A stretch of 64,000 nucleotides of DNA from Eledone cirrhosa (lineage: Eukaryota): positions 28,954,001-29,018,000 of the forward strand of contig OZ024753.1 in assembly GCA_964016885.1 (NCBI GenBank), given 5' to 3'. Below are positions 12,520 through 26,171 of this stretch, in pieces. Each line of letters opens with the position of its first letter. The first letter of the stretch is position 1. The position numbers and the translations under genes were made by a program. The notes beneath the pieces are model-generated. The model saw only the letters and a list, made by a program, of their open reading frames with translations. It did not search any database and was not told the DNA's origin.

Positions 12520-14045
12520 TTGGTTCGATAACTGGAAGGTTGTTTATATATTGTCAAAGCTCTTTCGTCACACATTCTGTTACCTCCTCAGTGACTAGGT
12601 TTTTATTTTGTGCGTCTCGCCTTTGTTCGGTCCTACATCATGTTGTTTTTGTGTATTGTGTGCTTAGTTTGTGCATGCGTTACATCTGGGTATTTGTGTG
12701 TGTGTGTTTTTATTTATGTGTTTATTTACTTGTCACTAGTTGTTCTGTGTGTGTGTCTCATTTGTTTTGTTAGTTTGGTTTTTGTGTGTGTCTGTATGTC
12801 TTCATCTTGTCCTTAATTACTAGTTGTGATGTTGCTATTCCACTCGTGTTTTCTGTTTAATTTTGGTTGGAGTTCGTTTATATTTGACCCTCTGTGATTT
12901 GTCTGAGCATTGCATCTTTTCTGTGTGTGGATATAATTTTTATGTTGATGTTCTCTAATGTGCCCCTATGTTGTATTTTGGCATGTTATTGGAGTACTGT
13001 GAGTTTTTCCTATCCTGGAGTTCTCGCCAGTGTTCACTTATCCTTTCTCCTATGCTATGGGCTGTTTCACCTATGTATGTTATATTCTTATTCCTACACT
13101 GTCCCTCAGTACATCTTATCCTATATACTACATTCCTAGTTTTACAGTTAGTTTGCAGGCTTAGGTTACAGACTATGTATTTCCTATCAGCACAGGGGGA
13201 TCTTTGAAATGGGTATGTTTTGCTAATTAGGGGTTTATGGGAATACCTGGTCTTTCAACTATCTTAATATTTAATTTGAGTTTGTCTAGGGCCCTTCTAA
13301 ATCTGTAAGCTAGTTCGCCTCTAGGGGTTGTATTGATGAACATTACATTCTGGTATTTATTGCTATCATACCATGAGTTTATTTTATTTGCCTTATTCCT
13401 AATCCTTTCTATTCTGTTCCAAAATTTGCTCCTATACATGGGGCAAGTTCCATTTGCACCATTTTCTACAATCTTTGCCCATTTGGTTCTAGCTCCTTTA
13501 TATATCCTGATCTTGTCTCTCTGATTGTAGCCAGAGAACTGCATGCGGTGGATGAAGTGTTGTATGTGTCTCTCTAACCCTTTGGGGTTGTACATGCGGG
13601 ACATGTTCCTCATCACTCATACTAAGTTCGCAATCAGTATGTTGATTTTTATGTGGTCCGAAACAGCTGAGTTTTGGTGAATCAGGTATTTGGAGGTCAT
13701 GGGTTTGGCATAATGCAAATGGAGGATTTGTATTCTATTACTAATAGTTTCCAACCAGAGTTCTGTGTCTAATACAGGTAATCTATGGTTGGGGTGTTTA
13801 GTTTGGTAGTCTATAGTAAGTTTAATACTCTGGTGGATGGAGTTAGCTATTTGCTGGATGCTTTTCATGGTGGTGTTCTCTAATTCCTGACTCTTGTTCT
13901 GTGGGGATGTTTTCACTCCGATATTTATGTCATCTATGTAGCAGGAGTACAGAGTCAGGGTTATAAAATTATCATCTAATTGTTCCTTAAGTCTTCTCTC
14001 ACACCATACCATAAAGAGGTTAGCTATGTCACCTGCAATGCTAAG
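12520..14045 (-). mobile_element. Penelope-like element fragment, copy 1 (RT C-terminal half plus GIY-YIG endonuclease)
   Basis: ANLFMVW..YIDD, LPVLD, HYAKPM, VMFINTTPRGEL; then CKTRNVVYRIRC..TYIGETAHSIGERISEH (GIY-YIG) at about 13030-13220; frameshifted. Confidence 0.88.
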
Positions 14046-14279
14046 GACAAAATGAAGACATACAGACACACACAAAAAACCAAACTAACAAAACAAATCA
14101 GGCACACACAGATAGAACAAACAACCAACTAGTGACAAGTAAATAAACACATAAATAAATAAATAAAAACACACTCATACCCGGATGTAATGCATGCGCA
14201 AACTAAACACACAAAAACAAGATGGTGTGGGACAGAACATTTTTATTTTATTTATTTATTTATTCTTATCTCTGTCTCT

Positions 14280-15600
14280 GTTTGCACATGTGTTTGCATG
14301 TTCATGTCTGAGTCTGTGTGTTTGTATTCTATCTTTGTTCACTAATGTGTGATTGTTATTATACTTGTGTATATTTATTTATATTTACCTTAGGTCAGTA
14401 TTGTGTGCTTGTGTATGGTTGTTGTTATTCCATTCATTTTTTTCTGTTCTACTTTGGTTTTCTTAGTTCTATTTCAGTTGCTTCTCTGATTTGCCTACCT
14501 GTTGAAGCATTTTTATGTTTAGATATTATTTTAATTTCTATGTTGTCTATATTACCATCATGTCTTTGTCTGGTGACTTCATATTGTACCAAACCCTCTT
14601 TTTGTTCTTTTAGTTCCTCCCTTCTTTTAGTTCCTTCCTTGGTCTATTCTCTCTCCTATGCTTCAAGCTGTCTCACCTATGTATGTCATTGTCATGTTTC
14701 TGCAAGTACCCTCTGTACATCTTGTGCTATAGACTACATTTCTAGTTCTACATATAACACATTTCTTATTTGTACAGTGGTTTTTTTTAAAGGAGTATGT
14801 TTGTTTGATCAGGGATTTTATGGTAGTTCATGGCTTTTCTACCACTTTAAACTTTAGATGTGTCTTTCTTAAGGCCTTTCTAAATTGGTTAGCTAATTTC
14901 CCTCCAAGGGTTGCATCCACGAACATGACACTCTGGTGTCTCTGGTTGTTGTACCATGAAGTGACTTTCCTTATCTTATGTTTAATCCTATCTATGCTCT
15001 TCCATGATTTGCTCCTGTACAATGGGCAAATCCCTATCATGCCCATTTCCATGAAGTGTCTCTTATTTTTCCATGTTCCTTTGTACACTCTGATTCCGTC
15101 TCTTTGGTTGTATCCAGAGAACAGCATGCGATTGATGCAGTGTTGGATGTATCATTCCATTTCAGTTGGATCGCACAGAGGGGACATATTCTTCATCATT
15201 ATTGGAAATTGATGAGTTTTTGTGTATAAGGTATTTGTAGGCCATGGGTTTAGCATAATGTGAGAGGAGAATTTGGGTTTTCTCGTTTATAGTGTTTAGC
15301 TAGAGTTCAGTGTCTAATACTGGTAGTCTATTGTTAGGGTATTTGGAAGGGTAGTCAATAGTTACTGTTATGCTCTGGTGTATGGAGTTAGCTATCTGCT
15401 GGATGCTCTCCATTGTGTTATTTTCTAGTTCAGGTTTATTGGTACTCTCTTGTGAGGGTGTTCTTATTACTATATTGATATTGTCTACATAACGAGAGTA
15501 CATGAAGTTCTCTTCTAGGAGTTCTCTGAGTCTTCTTTCCCCCCATACCATCAACAGGTTGGCAACATCACCAGCTGCTCCCTCATTCTGGGTGTAGATT
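14280..15600 (-). mobile_element. Penelope-like element fragment, copy 2 (diverged tandem partner)
   Basis: GDVANLLMVW..YVDN, LPVLDTEL, VMFVDATLGGKL and a GIY-YIG remnant near 14650-14770; a short inverted piece of the 3' region lies at about 14045-14240. Confidence 0.85.
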
Positions 15601-15605
15601 TTCTG

Positions 15606-15657
<52 letters not shown>

Positions 15658-15693
15658 GAGATTGAAGAATAACATGGTCGGCTGTACAAAAAA

Positions 15694-15752
15694 GGGTTTT
15701 ATTTACAGTATTAACAATCAGTCTACTGATTGTTAATACAGTAAATAAAACC
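15694..15752. repeat. Palindromic element terminus beside (TA)n
   Basis: GGTTTTATTTACAGTATTAACAATCAGT is followed by its near reverse complement. Confidence 0.7.
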
Positions 15753-16436
15753 ATGTTATTCTCCTCTCTTTCACTACTATTACTCCAAGAATGACCTGCA
15801 TGGGAATTCTTGCAGACTTGCTACCTAACTATGGAAACCCCTTGTTGAGTCAAACAATGCCATACGTTAAAACTATCCCTAGTACAGAGTACTCAAAACC
15901 TCTAACTGGATTACTTAAAACAATAACTTGTTATCCCATATATATATGTATATACACACAGACATAAATATATATACATATATACACATAAATATATACA
16001 AATATATATATACATATAAATATATACAAATATATTTGCATATATATATATATATTTATGAATATATTTATATATGTATATTTATGTATATATATTTATA
16101 TACATATATATATATGAATATACATGTATATATATATATACAAATATATATATATAAACATACATACATATATGAATATACATGTATATATACATATATA
16201 CAAATATATATATATAAACATACATACATAGATATTTATATATATGTATATATACATACATATATATACACACATATATATATAGATATATATGTACATA
16301 TATATATATATGTATAATGAAAACTATACTCATTTTCGTAAGAGAAGTCATCTTTCACCTCTGCCAAAGTGAAAGATCTCTTCGTTGGACTGGGAGAGTT
16401 GATAGGTTTTGCATGTTTAAGTGCATGTTTATGTAC

Positions 16437-16476
<40 letters not shown>

Positions 16477-17254
16477 ATAACTAAAACATCAGAGCATGAA
16501 AATTCAATATATTTTATAGCAAAATGAAGAAAAATAGCAATAAGATGATGAAAAAAAAGTGGTGGGGGGGGGGGGGGGGTAAAGGAGCCAAAGAGACATC
16601 TACTTGGCTCTGCATTTTATGTAAACATCATTATCTATATTCACATTTAAACACAACCTTTCAGAATCAGAATCAGAATCATCATAAGTACAGGTAAAAA
16701 GAACCAATAATACACATACATACACACCCACCCACACTCACCTACAAATACACATTCATAGGTCCATATATACATACATATACATGTGCATGTATATATA
16801 TATATATATATATATTCATACTTATACATTCATACTTATATTCATTTACTCGTACATTCATACATATATTTATGTGTATATATTCATACATACATGCATA
16901 CATTTATATATAAGGCATTTTAAAGACATGTTGGGCAGGCAGTTCCCTGAATTATTAAGTGCAGTTCTTTTCTTAAATAGGATTTATCATTCAGAATGCA
17001 TGTGATAATTTGTTTCTAAGCTGTTATATTTTGTCCCACACACGCATCTTTCCAGTGACTGCTCTTTTAAGCCTTTGTGCATACTGGGTGTAAAATACGA
17101 TTCCACTTTAATTCCTTGAAATCATATTCCAGGAGGTGACTGACGAAGAAATGAGGAAGAAAGCTGTTTTTGTTTGTTGGTTTTCTGTATCCGTGCTTCC
17201 ATCCATTGCTCATATATATATATATGAGTGTGTATGTGTATAATGTATGAATGC

Positions 17255-17291
<37 letters not shown>

Positions 17292-17426
17292 TGTGTGTCT
17301 ACGTATATGTGTATAAATATATATTTCATATAGATATTTCATCCGATGAACGAAACAGACATTTTTGTTAGAATCGTCTAACTTCGTGATTATGTTTATA
17401 TCCATATTTGTTGTAGTAGTAGTAAT

Positions 17427-17461
<35 letters not shown>

Positions 17462-18433
17462 TAGCAGCAGTAGTAGTAGTTGACTTTCAGCCCCAGACAT
17501 CTGAATGAGTAGATCTATGACCTTCTAGTTTATATTTGAGGCAATGTGTCTTAGAATACATCATCCAATGTACTCTTTCTATTTTTGAAACTGTATAGTA
17601 AGATTTGAGAAAGAATTTGCTGCTTTTTCTAACTTCTTGATAGCAATAGTAATAATTGTTGTAGCCTGTAGTAGTAAACAGAGTAGTAATGGCATTAGTA
17701 TTGGTGCACAATTGGTACTGGAAGAGTGTGTATTTGACATTACTAGGTCAAATTTGACATTTTTTCCTTTTTGGTTTTTGATAAAAGAAAGTTGAGAACA
17801 TGTTTACCTGGCTGTGTATTAATGTTTATAAATATGAATCAGATACAGGGCAACAATGTTCTAATAGCACCCTTAATACACACCTCAAATAGTAGCGTGA
17901 CATTATGCAGCTAGTGTTATTGTCATTGTTTTTAACTTCAGATCGGAGAGCGTTTAATCATGCAGACTAGACCATGTCATGTCATGAACAGCACCCCCTC
18001 TTTATGAAAGCATATTGTATTTATGTTAATTTAGAATTACATTATGCAATGTATCCCTTCATGGCAAGGTGTGATCTGTAGCTTATTTGGTTGCTATTTC
18101 TAGCAGTGAAACAAATGCATATAGTATTCCTCGTTAATCCATACCAATAATTGTTATTTTAATATTGTTTGTTACTCATGTTGTCATTCAAACTGCTGTC
18201 ACTGTTATTGAAGCTTATTGTTAGGACAACTTTAGAAAGTGAAAGTAGAAATGTTTTGTGATGTTATCTACTATTTGCTTTTTGCTGTGTTCATTCCTTC
18301 GTCATATTTTTTTTCCAGTTTTTGCATTCTAAAGCACAAAATGTTCCTGCCCTAAAATTGATGTAAATTATACGTCTTTTGAAATGGTGATGATTATCAG
18401 TTTGAAATAAAAACTGCTTAGCAATGGCATCTG

Positions 18434-18448
18434 TTAACAACCTTCAAT
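18434..18448 (-). CDS. Candidate alternative terminal coding exon of the LDLa gene (IEGC*) followed by a UTR-like region
   Basis: Acceptor attattttctttgtcattacag|ATT GAA GGT TGT TAA; phase 0 matches the donor at 37430; about 1 kb of unique AT-rich sequence follows. Confidence 0.3.
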   Translation of the reverse strand: MEGC

Positions 18449-19039
18449 CTGTAATGACAAAGAAAATAATAATAATAAGGAGAATATTAATAATAATGGT
18501 AATGATTTCTTTATATAGGGGACAATACAAAAAGACAGGGACAGGGGGGGTTCACAATACAATCGAAATAGTAAGAGGCCAAGAGCCTTTTTTTTAGAAA
18601 TATGGTAAAGTGAGAATTATTTAGAAGAAGAAGAAAGGAACAACAGTAATGACAATTTCTAACAATATTGATTTCTATATTTGCCACATGTAAGGCACTT
18701 TCCTACATGTAAGATGGTTTTGGAACATTAACCCTTTAACATTTACATTACTATATATATATATATACTATTGTATTTTTATTGTAAAAGCTTTACTTCA
18801 TATAATTATCTCACATAATATTGAATCTATGAGATTTTTATATTTATTTTAAGACGATACCTTTACAGCAGTATTAGAAGTTGGTTACAGTCGATTCAAA
18901 CAAAAAGAGGTGAGAGAATTCTGGCCCGATACAGCTACTTTAAATGCTAAAGGGTTAAAAGGCCAAATTGTAAAACTGTTGTGGGGGAAAGAGGTCTACA
19001 CCGAGTGTGGTGTATGATTAGAAAATAATAGAAACAAGT

Positions 19040-19721
19040 ACATAAATATATATAATATATATAATATATATAATATATATAACATATATATAATATATAT
19101 AACATATATATAACATATATACATATATATAACATATATAATATATATATAACATATATAATATATATACATATATAATATATAAAATATATAATATATA
19201 TACATATATAATATATATACATATATAATATATATACATATATAATATATACATATATATACATATATAATATACATATATATAATATATATATAATATA
19301 TATAACATATATATAACATATATAATATATATATAACATATATAATATATATACATATATAATATATATAAATATATAATATATATACATATACATATAT
19401 AATATATATACATATATAATATATATACATATATAATATATACATATATATACATATATAATATACATATATATAATATACATACATATATAATATATAT
19501 ACATATATAATATATACATATATATACATATATAATATACATATATATAATATACATATATAATATATATATATATAATATACATATATATAATATACAT
19601 ATATAATATACATATATATAATATACATATATAATATATATATATATATATATATAATATACATATATAATATATATATATAATATATATATATAATATA
19701 CATATATAAAATATATATATA
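19040..19721. repeat. Complex (TA)n-derived microsatellite
   Basis: ATATAATATATACAT-type units over about 680 bp. Confidence 0.95.
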
Positions 19722-20730
19722 TAGAACTGGATGGAAAAAGTTCAGAGAGCTTATACCACTATTAGCCGCTAGAGGGTTCTCCCTAAAAATGAAAGGCAGG
19801 TTATACGATGCCTGCATACGAACAGCAATGCTGCATGGCAGTGAGACCTGGGCATTGTGTGCAGAGGATATACGCAGACTAGAGAGGAACGAAGCTTGCA
19901 TTCTCCGCTGGATGTGTAATAGTAATATACGTGAACGGCAAAGCATAAACGAACTAAGGAAAAAATTAGAAATAAGAGGGATCAGATGTTGTTTACTCGA
20001 GAGAAGGCTACGTTGGTACGGTCACGTGATGCACATGAAAGACGACAGCTGTATAACAAAGTGCAGGGCAATAAAGATAGACGGTAGCCACGGAGTAGGC
20101 AGACCCAGAAAAATCTGGGACGACATGATAAATTCCGACCTCACACGCTTACACCTCTCCAAGACAATGTCACTGGACCGAGACTTTTGGCGGTACTCAG
20201 TAATAGAGAAGACCCGCCTTACTTAAATACAAAGTAAAAACCTACTACAGTCAGTAGGCATCTCTATCAAAACACACGCCCGTCCCACCACCTCCACCCC
20301 ATCCACACCACCCCTTTCAATGTAAAGTTATGTTGGTCCCACAACATCCAGGCCGAAACAAATGAGATCGTGTAGGTGTCACGACAAAAAAGACACAGTC
20401 CACGCTGTAAATGTGGCCGTGTAGGCAACACGGTAAAAACCTCCCAGCCCCACACTGTAAATGTGGTTGGTGTTAGGAAGGGCATCCAGCTGTAGAAAAC
20501 CCGCCAGACAGTCCACGCTGTAATGTGGCCGTGTAGGCAACACGGTAAAAACCTCCCAGCCCCACACTGTAAATGTGGTTGGTGTTAGGAAGGGCATCCA
20601 GCTGTAGAAAACCCGCCAGACAGTCCTATGCGAGCAAGACAACCACTCTTGCCTCAAGTGGGAAAACCCCCGTCCAAACCCATGCAAGCGTGGAACACGG
20701 ACGCTAAACCTGATGATGATAATGATGATA
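19722..20730 (+). mobile_element. RTE-clade LINE 3' end with 3' UTR (internal duplication of about 115 bp) and ATG-repeat tail
   Basis: KGRLYDACIRTAMLHGSETW..RRLRWYGHV..GRPRKIW; UTR GTTAGGAAGGGCATCCAGC duplicated at 20395-20625; tail TGATGATGAT. Confidence 0.92.
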
Positions 20731-20930
20731 TATAATATACATAATATATATATATATAATATATATATATATAATATATATAATATATATATATAATATA
20801 CATAATATATATATATATATATATAATATACATATATATAATATACATATATAATATATATATATAATATACATATATATATAATATACATATATATATA
20901 ATATACATATATATATAATATACATATATA

Positions 20931-21120
20931 TAATTGTCTCTACTTTAGGCACAAGGCCAGCAATTTCCCAGTGTATTACTGGTACTTTATTTTATCGACC
21001 CCGTAAGGATGAAAGGCAAAGTCAACCTCGGCGGGATTTGAACTCAGATCGTAAAGGGACGTAACTATGCTGGAAAGCATGGCGTCCGACCCTCTACCGA
21101 TACTGCCAATCCACCGCCCT
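20931..21120 (-). mobile_element. tRNA-derived Nin-domain SINE
   Basis: Minus strand GGCGGTGGATTGGCAGTATCGG (A box), GAGTTCAAATC (B box), GCCTTTCATCCTTACGGGGTCGATAAAAT (Nin-like core). Confidence 0.85.
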
Positions 21121-21295
21121 TATATATATACATATATATAATATACATATATATAATATACATATATAATATATATAATATACATATATATAATATATAT
21201 ATATATAATATACATATATATAATATACATATATATAATATACATATATATAATATACATATATATAATATACATATATAATATATATATATAAT

Positions 21296-23475
21296 CTATT
21301 TAGGGCAGGTAAAATTCCCAAGATCCATGAACAAGTTCTCTCCAGTGTTCCTCATCATTGCTGCCATATCCTGCATCTCCAAGAGAACTTTATCTGTCCT
21401 TTAGGCATCAACATATGTCAACCTTGGTCTCCCTCTTCTAGTGTAGCTGTGTAAGGGCTCCCACAGAAGCACTGACTGCAGTGGCAACTCTGAATATTGG
21501 TGAGCATGTCCAGCTAACGTCAGTCTCAACCACATGTAGGAGTGGGTTTTGTGTTCAGTGCAAGAGCCAATCTATTGGTGATGGAAATCATACCTGTCTC
21601 CCTGCGTGTAGAGCTATCAACACCACACCAGCTCATAACATCCTGCTTGTTCTAGGTGATTTCAATGCCCATCTGAGTAAGGAGAGCAGTGAAGATCCTT
21701 GCTGGTATTTCCATAACAACACCAACTGAAATGGAAGACTACTGAGAGACACCCTGCTGGAGGCGAACTTCATGGCAACCAGCCTAGGGTTTTGGATGAA
21801 TCGGGGGAAGATGTGGACCTACATCTCAGATATGCACCTGTCCAAGTCCCAGATTGATTTTATTCTGATGAGGAAAAAGTGGCGGAATAGTGTTCTGAAC
21901 ACAGAACCATACAACTATTTCAGTACACTGGGTAGTGACCACCGGCTTGTTATGAGTGAGGTCTGTGTGAGCTTAAGAAAGAGCAAGGCTCAGCCCCGGA
22001 GAGCTATCTATGACTGGGGAGCTTTCAAGGAAGATGATAAGCTACAGGAGTGGTTCACAGTGGAAGCGAGGAACAGGTTCAGTGGTCTGTGTGGAGAGGC
22101 AGAGGAGAGAGAGATTGGAAGGACTGAGGAGAGTGTGATGAGGAGGTACGGGCACTTCACCAATGCAGTGGGAGAAGTAAGTGAGACCCTGATGCCGAGG
22201 AGAGAGAAGAGGAAGCACATCAGCTCCACAGACCCAAAAGTGTGTGCAGCCAGAGAACACCTGAAAGCTGCCAAGGACCAATTCTATGCTGGCCAATCAT
22301 CAACGAGATCACAGGGAAGAAGAGAGGGGATTCGAGTCAGATCCAGGGAACAGGACCCAAGGATAGGAAGAGGAAATGGCTGGACCATTTTAGGACCCTA
22401 CTAGGAGAGCTGCCGTCCACAGCCCAGAACACTGGGGATATCAGACAGTTATTTGAGGAACTGGATATTGAGACAGGACCCTTCACCAGAGAGGAACTTC
22501 AAAGAGCCTAGAAAAAGATCAAGGAGGGCAAGGTCCATGAAGAAGATGGAGTAGCATCAGAGGTGATGAAGAGGTGTGATTTTGATGATATCAGCCTGGA
22601 GTTCTGTAACCAAGCACTGGAGAAAGGAGTTGCCTCAAATTAGTGGAGGATCAGTAAAGAGTCCCAGTGCCACAGGGTCTCTAACACCAACAACTACCGG
22701 GGGATCTCACTGACGTCACTTGTGGCAAAGACCCTCAACAGGATGATTTTTAACAGGATCCAGCCCAAGATGGAGAAGAAGCTCAGGGACAACCAGAATG
22801 GCTTCGGAGAGGAAGGATCAACCACCAGTCACATCCTGATGCTGAGGAGGATATATGAGGGAGCTAGGGCAAAGAGACTTCAGACTATCATGGTTTTCAT
22901 TGACTTTAGGAAGGCCTTTGATTCTGTGGACCATGACTGCCTGAAGATCTTACAGGCTTATAGAATCCCCAAGAAGATAGTGGACCTGATATCACTGCTC
23001 TACACCAACAATAGAGCCCAAGTCATTACACCTGACGCAATGACAGAGTTCTTTGAGATACTGGCTGGAGTGCTCCAGGGAGATACATTGGCTCCCTACC
23101 TTTTTATCATCACAGTGGACTATTGTATGCTCCTTGCACTGGAGAAACACCAGGACTCTGGCTTTACTGTAGCACTGGCTCAGAGCAGGAGAGTTAAGGC
23201 TAAAAAGATATCAGATACTGAAATTGCTGACGACATAGTTCTGGTGACAAACGCAGTGAAGGAGGTGGAGACTGTATCGATGAGAATGAATGAGATTAAG
23301 ATGAAGTATCTGGTAGAGAACATTAAGAAGCCAGAGAAGATTATTAATGTAGGCTGGAAGCTGCTAGAGTTGGGAGCTAAGAATGGGAACACAGAGGATG
23401 ATGTGGTTGAGAGGAAGAGCAAAGCCTGGGCGGCGTGCCACAGTTTGTGATTAGTGTGGAAGTCGAACCTTTGTA
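21296..23475 (+). mobile_element. Degenerate RTE/RTE-X-like LINE (APE plus RT) with an inverted 3' segment
   Basis: Plus strand 21615-23475: LLVLGDFNA, SQIDFIL, GSDHRL, NYRGISL, QNGF, IDFRKAFDSV, GVLQGDTLAPYLF, ADD. Minus strand 21296-21615: RLxLAGH..LLWEP..RGRPRLTYVD. Confidence 0.88.
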
Positions 23476-23570
23476 AAAAATTATCATACAAGAACACACA
23501 AAAGTTGTTCGCACGTACACACACACATATATATATTAGGTGCCTGGAATTTAGAAACACAAACACTATA

Positions 23571-23571
23571 A

Positions 23572-23632
<61 letters not shown>
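23571..23632. repeat. (GATA)n microsatellite
   Basis: Pure TAGA repeats. Confidence 0.95.
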
Positions 23633-24037
23633 AAGCAAAAACGTTAATTAGACAAATTTTAAAAAACCTATGACATTTTAGAAGTACATTTTGTTTGGAG
23701 TTTTACGCTAAATGGATAATGCTGTTTTCGCTTGTTTTGGCAATAAAGGGTTCGAGTTATCTCACTTGGACGATTTCTTCTTTTTGGTAAAAAAAAAAAG
23801 AGGATTGGAGAAGAAAAGGAAAGATGTAGGGAATAGATAAATTTTGAAGGGGGAACAAAAATCAAAACAAACAAAACAAAACATATTCATCGCCATACGT
23901 ATATACACATACAATTGTATATAGTTATGCATTCATCTGCAAAGTTTCTTACGTCTTGTTTACGCATACACAATTTTTTGTGCAAACGTACACACAAACA
24001 TATTATCATACACACGCACACACATTACCTACACACA

Positions 24038-24442
24038 TGGCGATGGATTGACAGTAGCGGTGAAACGATCGAGTTGTGGCCCTTTATGCTCCGAGGTCAA
24101 ATCCCACCGAGGTTAGTTTTGCCTGGGATCCTTCTGGGGTCGATAAAATAAAGTACCAGTCATGTACTGGGCGATTTAATCGACTTCCCCTCTCCTTCAA
24201 ATTGTTGACCATGTGCCTAAATCATGCACACACATATTACTACATACATGTAGGTGTATTCACCTGTAATTTCAATTTCACAGCTATATGGAGAGCAACA
24301 GGTACATAAAGAGATACTCGCCGATACAAACACACGTATATACATATATAGGCGGCGAATTGGCAGAGTCGTTAGAACGTCGGATAGAATGCTTTATGGT
24401 ATTTGTTCTGGCTCTCTGCTCTTTGATTTCAAATCCCACCGA
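24038..24442 (+). mobile_element. Two degenerate or partial Nin-SINE copies
   Basis: GGGGTCGATAAAATAAAGTACCAGT at about 24137; tRNA-like head GGCGGCGAATTGGCAGAGTCG..TTCAAATCCC at 24351-24442. Confidence 0.7.
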
Positions 24443-24641
24443 GCAAGATAATTGGATAACATCCATGAGTTCGGCTGGTCTCACTTGGGGTCAAGTGGTC
24501 AAGCTGGATCAAATGGAGACGGTTGCTTCTCACATGACGTGCTGGAAGGAGTTTTTGAGGTCTCGGCCTCTACGAGCCTCCAAAGAAGTGGACAAAGGAG
24601 AAGATATAAATACATGAATGCGCACACACACACACACATAT

Positions 24642-24778
24642 ATATTTATTATAAGAACAGATTAAAGTTTAAACAAAGAATCGCTGCTTTCATCCTTAAC
24701 GGGATCTTCAGAAGATCCCGTTAAGGATGAAAGCAGCGATTCTTTGCTTAAACTTTAATCTGTTCTTATAATAAATAT
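24642..24778. mobile_element. Palindrome of a Penelope-like 3' terminus (CAGAAGA hammerhead family)
   Basis: About 65-bp arms, near-identical to the ends at 29745-29810 and 31826-31890, joined head to head at the CAGAAGA motif. Confidence 0.8.
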
Positions 24779-24805
24779 TTGCTCTACGAGTTTATATATA
24801 TATAT

Positions 24806-25580
24806 ATAAGTATGTATACGTACATACATACATACATATATGTATACAGACGTACAGTAGTATGTATATATATATATACATACATGCACACATATATATA
24901 TGTACGTATGAGCAACGATGGTTGCTAGACACTACGGCTTAATTCGGGATGTTTGTTTACAAACACACCGAGCATTATAATAAATGTTCGGTGAATCCAT
25001 ACGTACATATATATGTGTGTGCATGTATGTATATATATATACATACTACTGTACGTCTGTATACATATATGTATATACGTATACATACTTATATTTAAGT
25101 AACAGCCGTACTAAGAGTGAGAAATTTCCTTTCATTTCATTTTTTCCGTTTGTCGTTTTCGGTGCGCCCGGCCGATTAACTCACTCGATATGCAAATTAG
25201 GCTGCTCAGCCGTTAATATGCATAAGGAAAGTATATACTTTCAGACGTTCAATCATCTGGCAGGAAAGTATACGTTGCTGACGATAGTTAATAGGCTTGA
25301 AACTAGTACAGCGTTCCTTTGTCAGTGTTGAACAAATGAGCAACGATGATTGCTAGACACTACAGCTTAATACGGGATGTTTGTTTACAAACACACCGAA
25401 CATTATAATAAATGTTCGGTGAATCCATACGTGCATATATATATATGTGTGCATATATGTATATATATATACATACTACTGTACGTCTGTATACATACAT
25501 CTATGTACGTATACATACTTATATTTAAGTAACAGCCGTACTAAGAGTGAGAAATGAAATTTCATTTCATTTTTTCCGTT

Positions 25581-25581
<1 letters not shown>
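24806..25581 (+). mobile_element. Non-coding 428-bp hammerhead-containing repeat, about 1.6 tandem units plus an inverted 5' piece (retrozyme-like or non-autonomous PLE)
   Basis: 24908-25150 is repeated at 25336-25581; 24806-24910 is the reverse complement of about 24998-25100; a hammerhead lies between the repeats; flanked by (TA)n. Confidence 0.75.
25273..25313 (+). ncRNA. Minimal type I hammerhead ribozyme
   Basis: CGTTG-CTGACGA-t AGTT aata GGCT t-GAAA-CTAG-TA-CAGCG: stem I CGUUG/CAGCG, palindromic stem III ACUAGU, GUA triplet. Confidence 0.8.
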
Positions 25582-25613
<32 letters not shown>

Positions 25614-26106
25614 ATATATAATCCTTATCGAGCCCTCTTCGGATTTTAGTCTTCACATTTATTATTACTATCTATATATATATATGAGTATAGAAACGTA
25701 TACGTGTGTGTGTTCGCATATGCACGTGTACACAAGTAGCACATTCGCAGTACTCAATTTGCATACATCAAATGCTTCTTCTGATGCTGTACAAAGACAA
25801 GATTTCCATTTGACGTAAAGCAAAAATCGGCTGGAATAGTTGTAGACGTCATCACTACCATGGTAACGTGGTTGAAAGTACTTGTATACGTCGACCTAAG
25901 ACGGAACTATGAATACACATACATACATGCATATATGTATACATACTCACACGTATTCGCATTATATATGCGTGGAAGCATACATTCCTATGTATATTCA
26001 TATATAAAAACACACGCACGTACTATTGCGTATGTGTGTGTGCATGAAAAATTGATTATCTTAACCTGTAGACAAAACATTCAGAAAACACCGTGTATGT
26101 AGGAAA

Positions 26107-26171
<65 letters not shown>

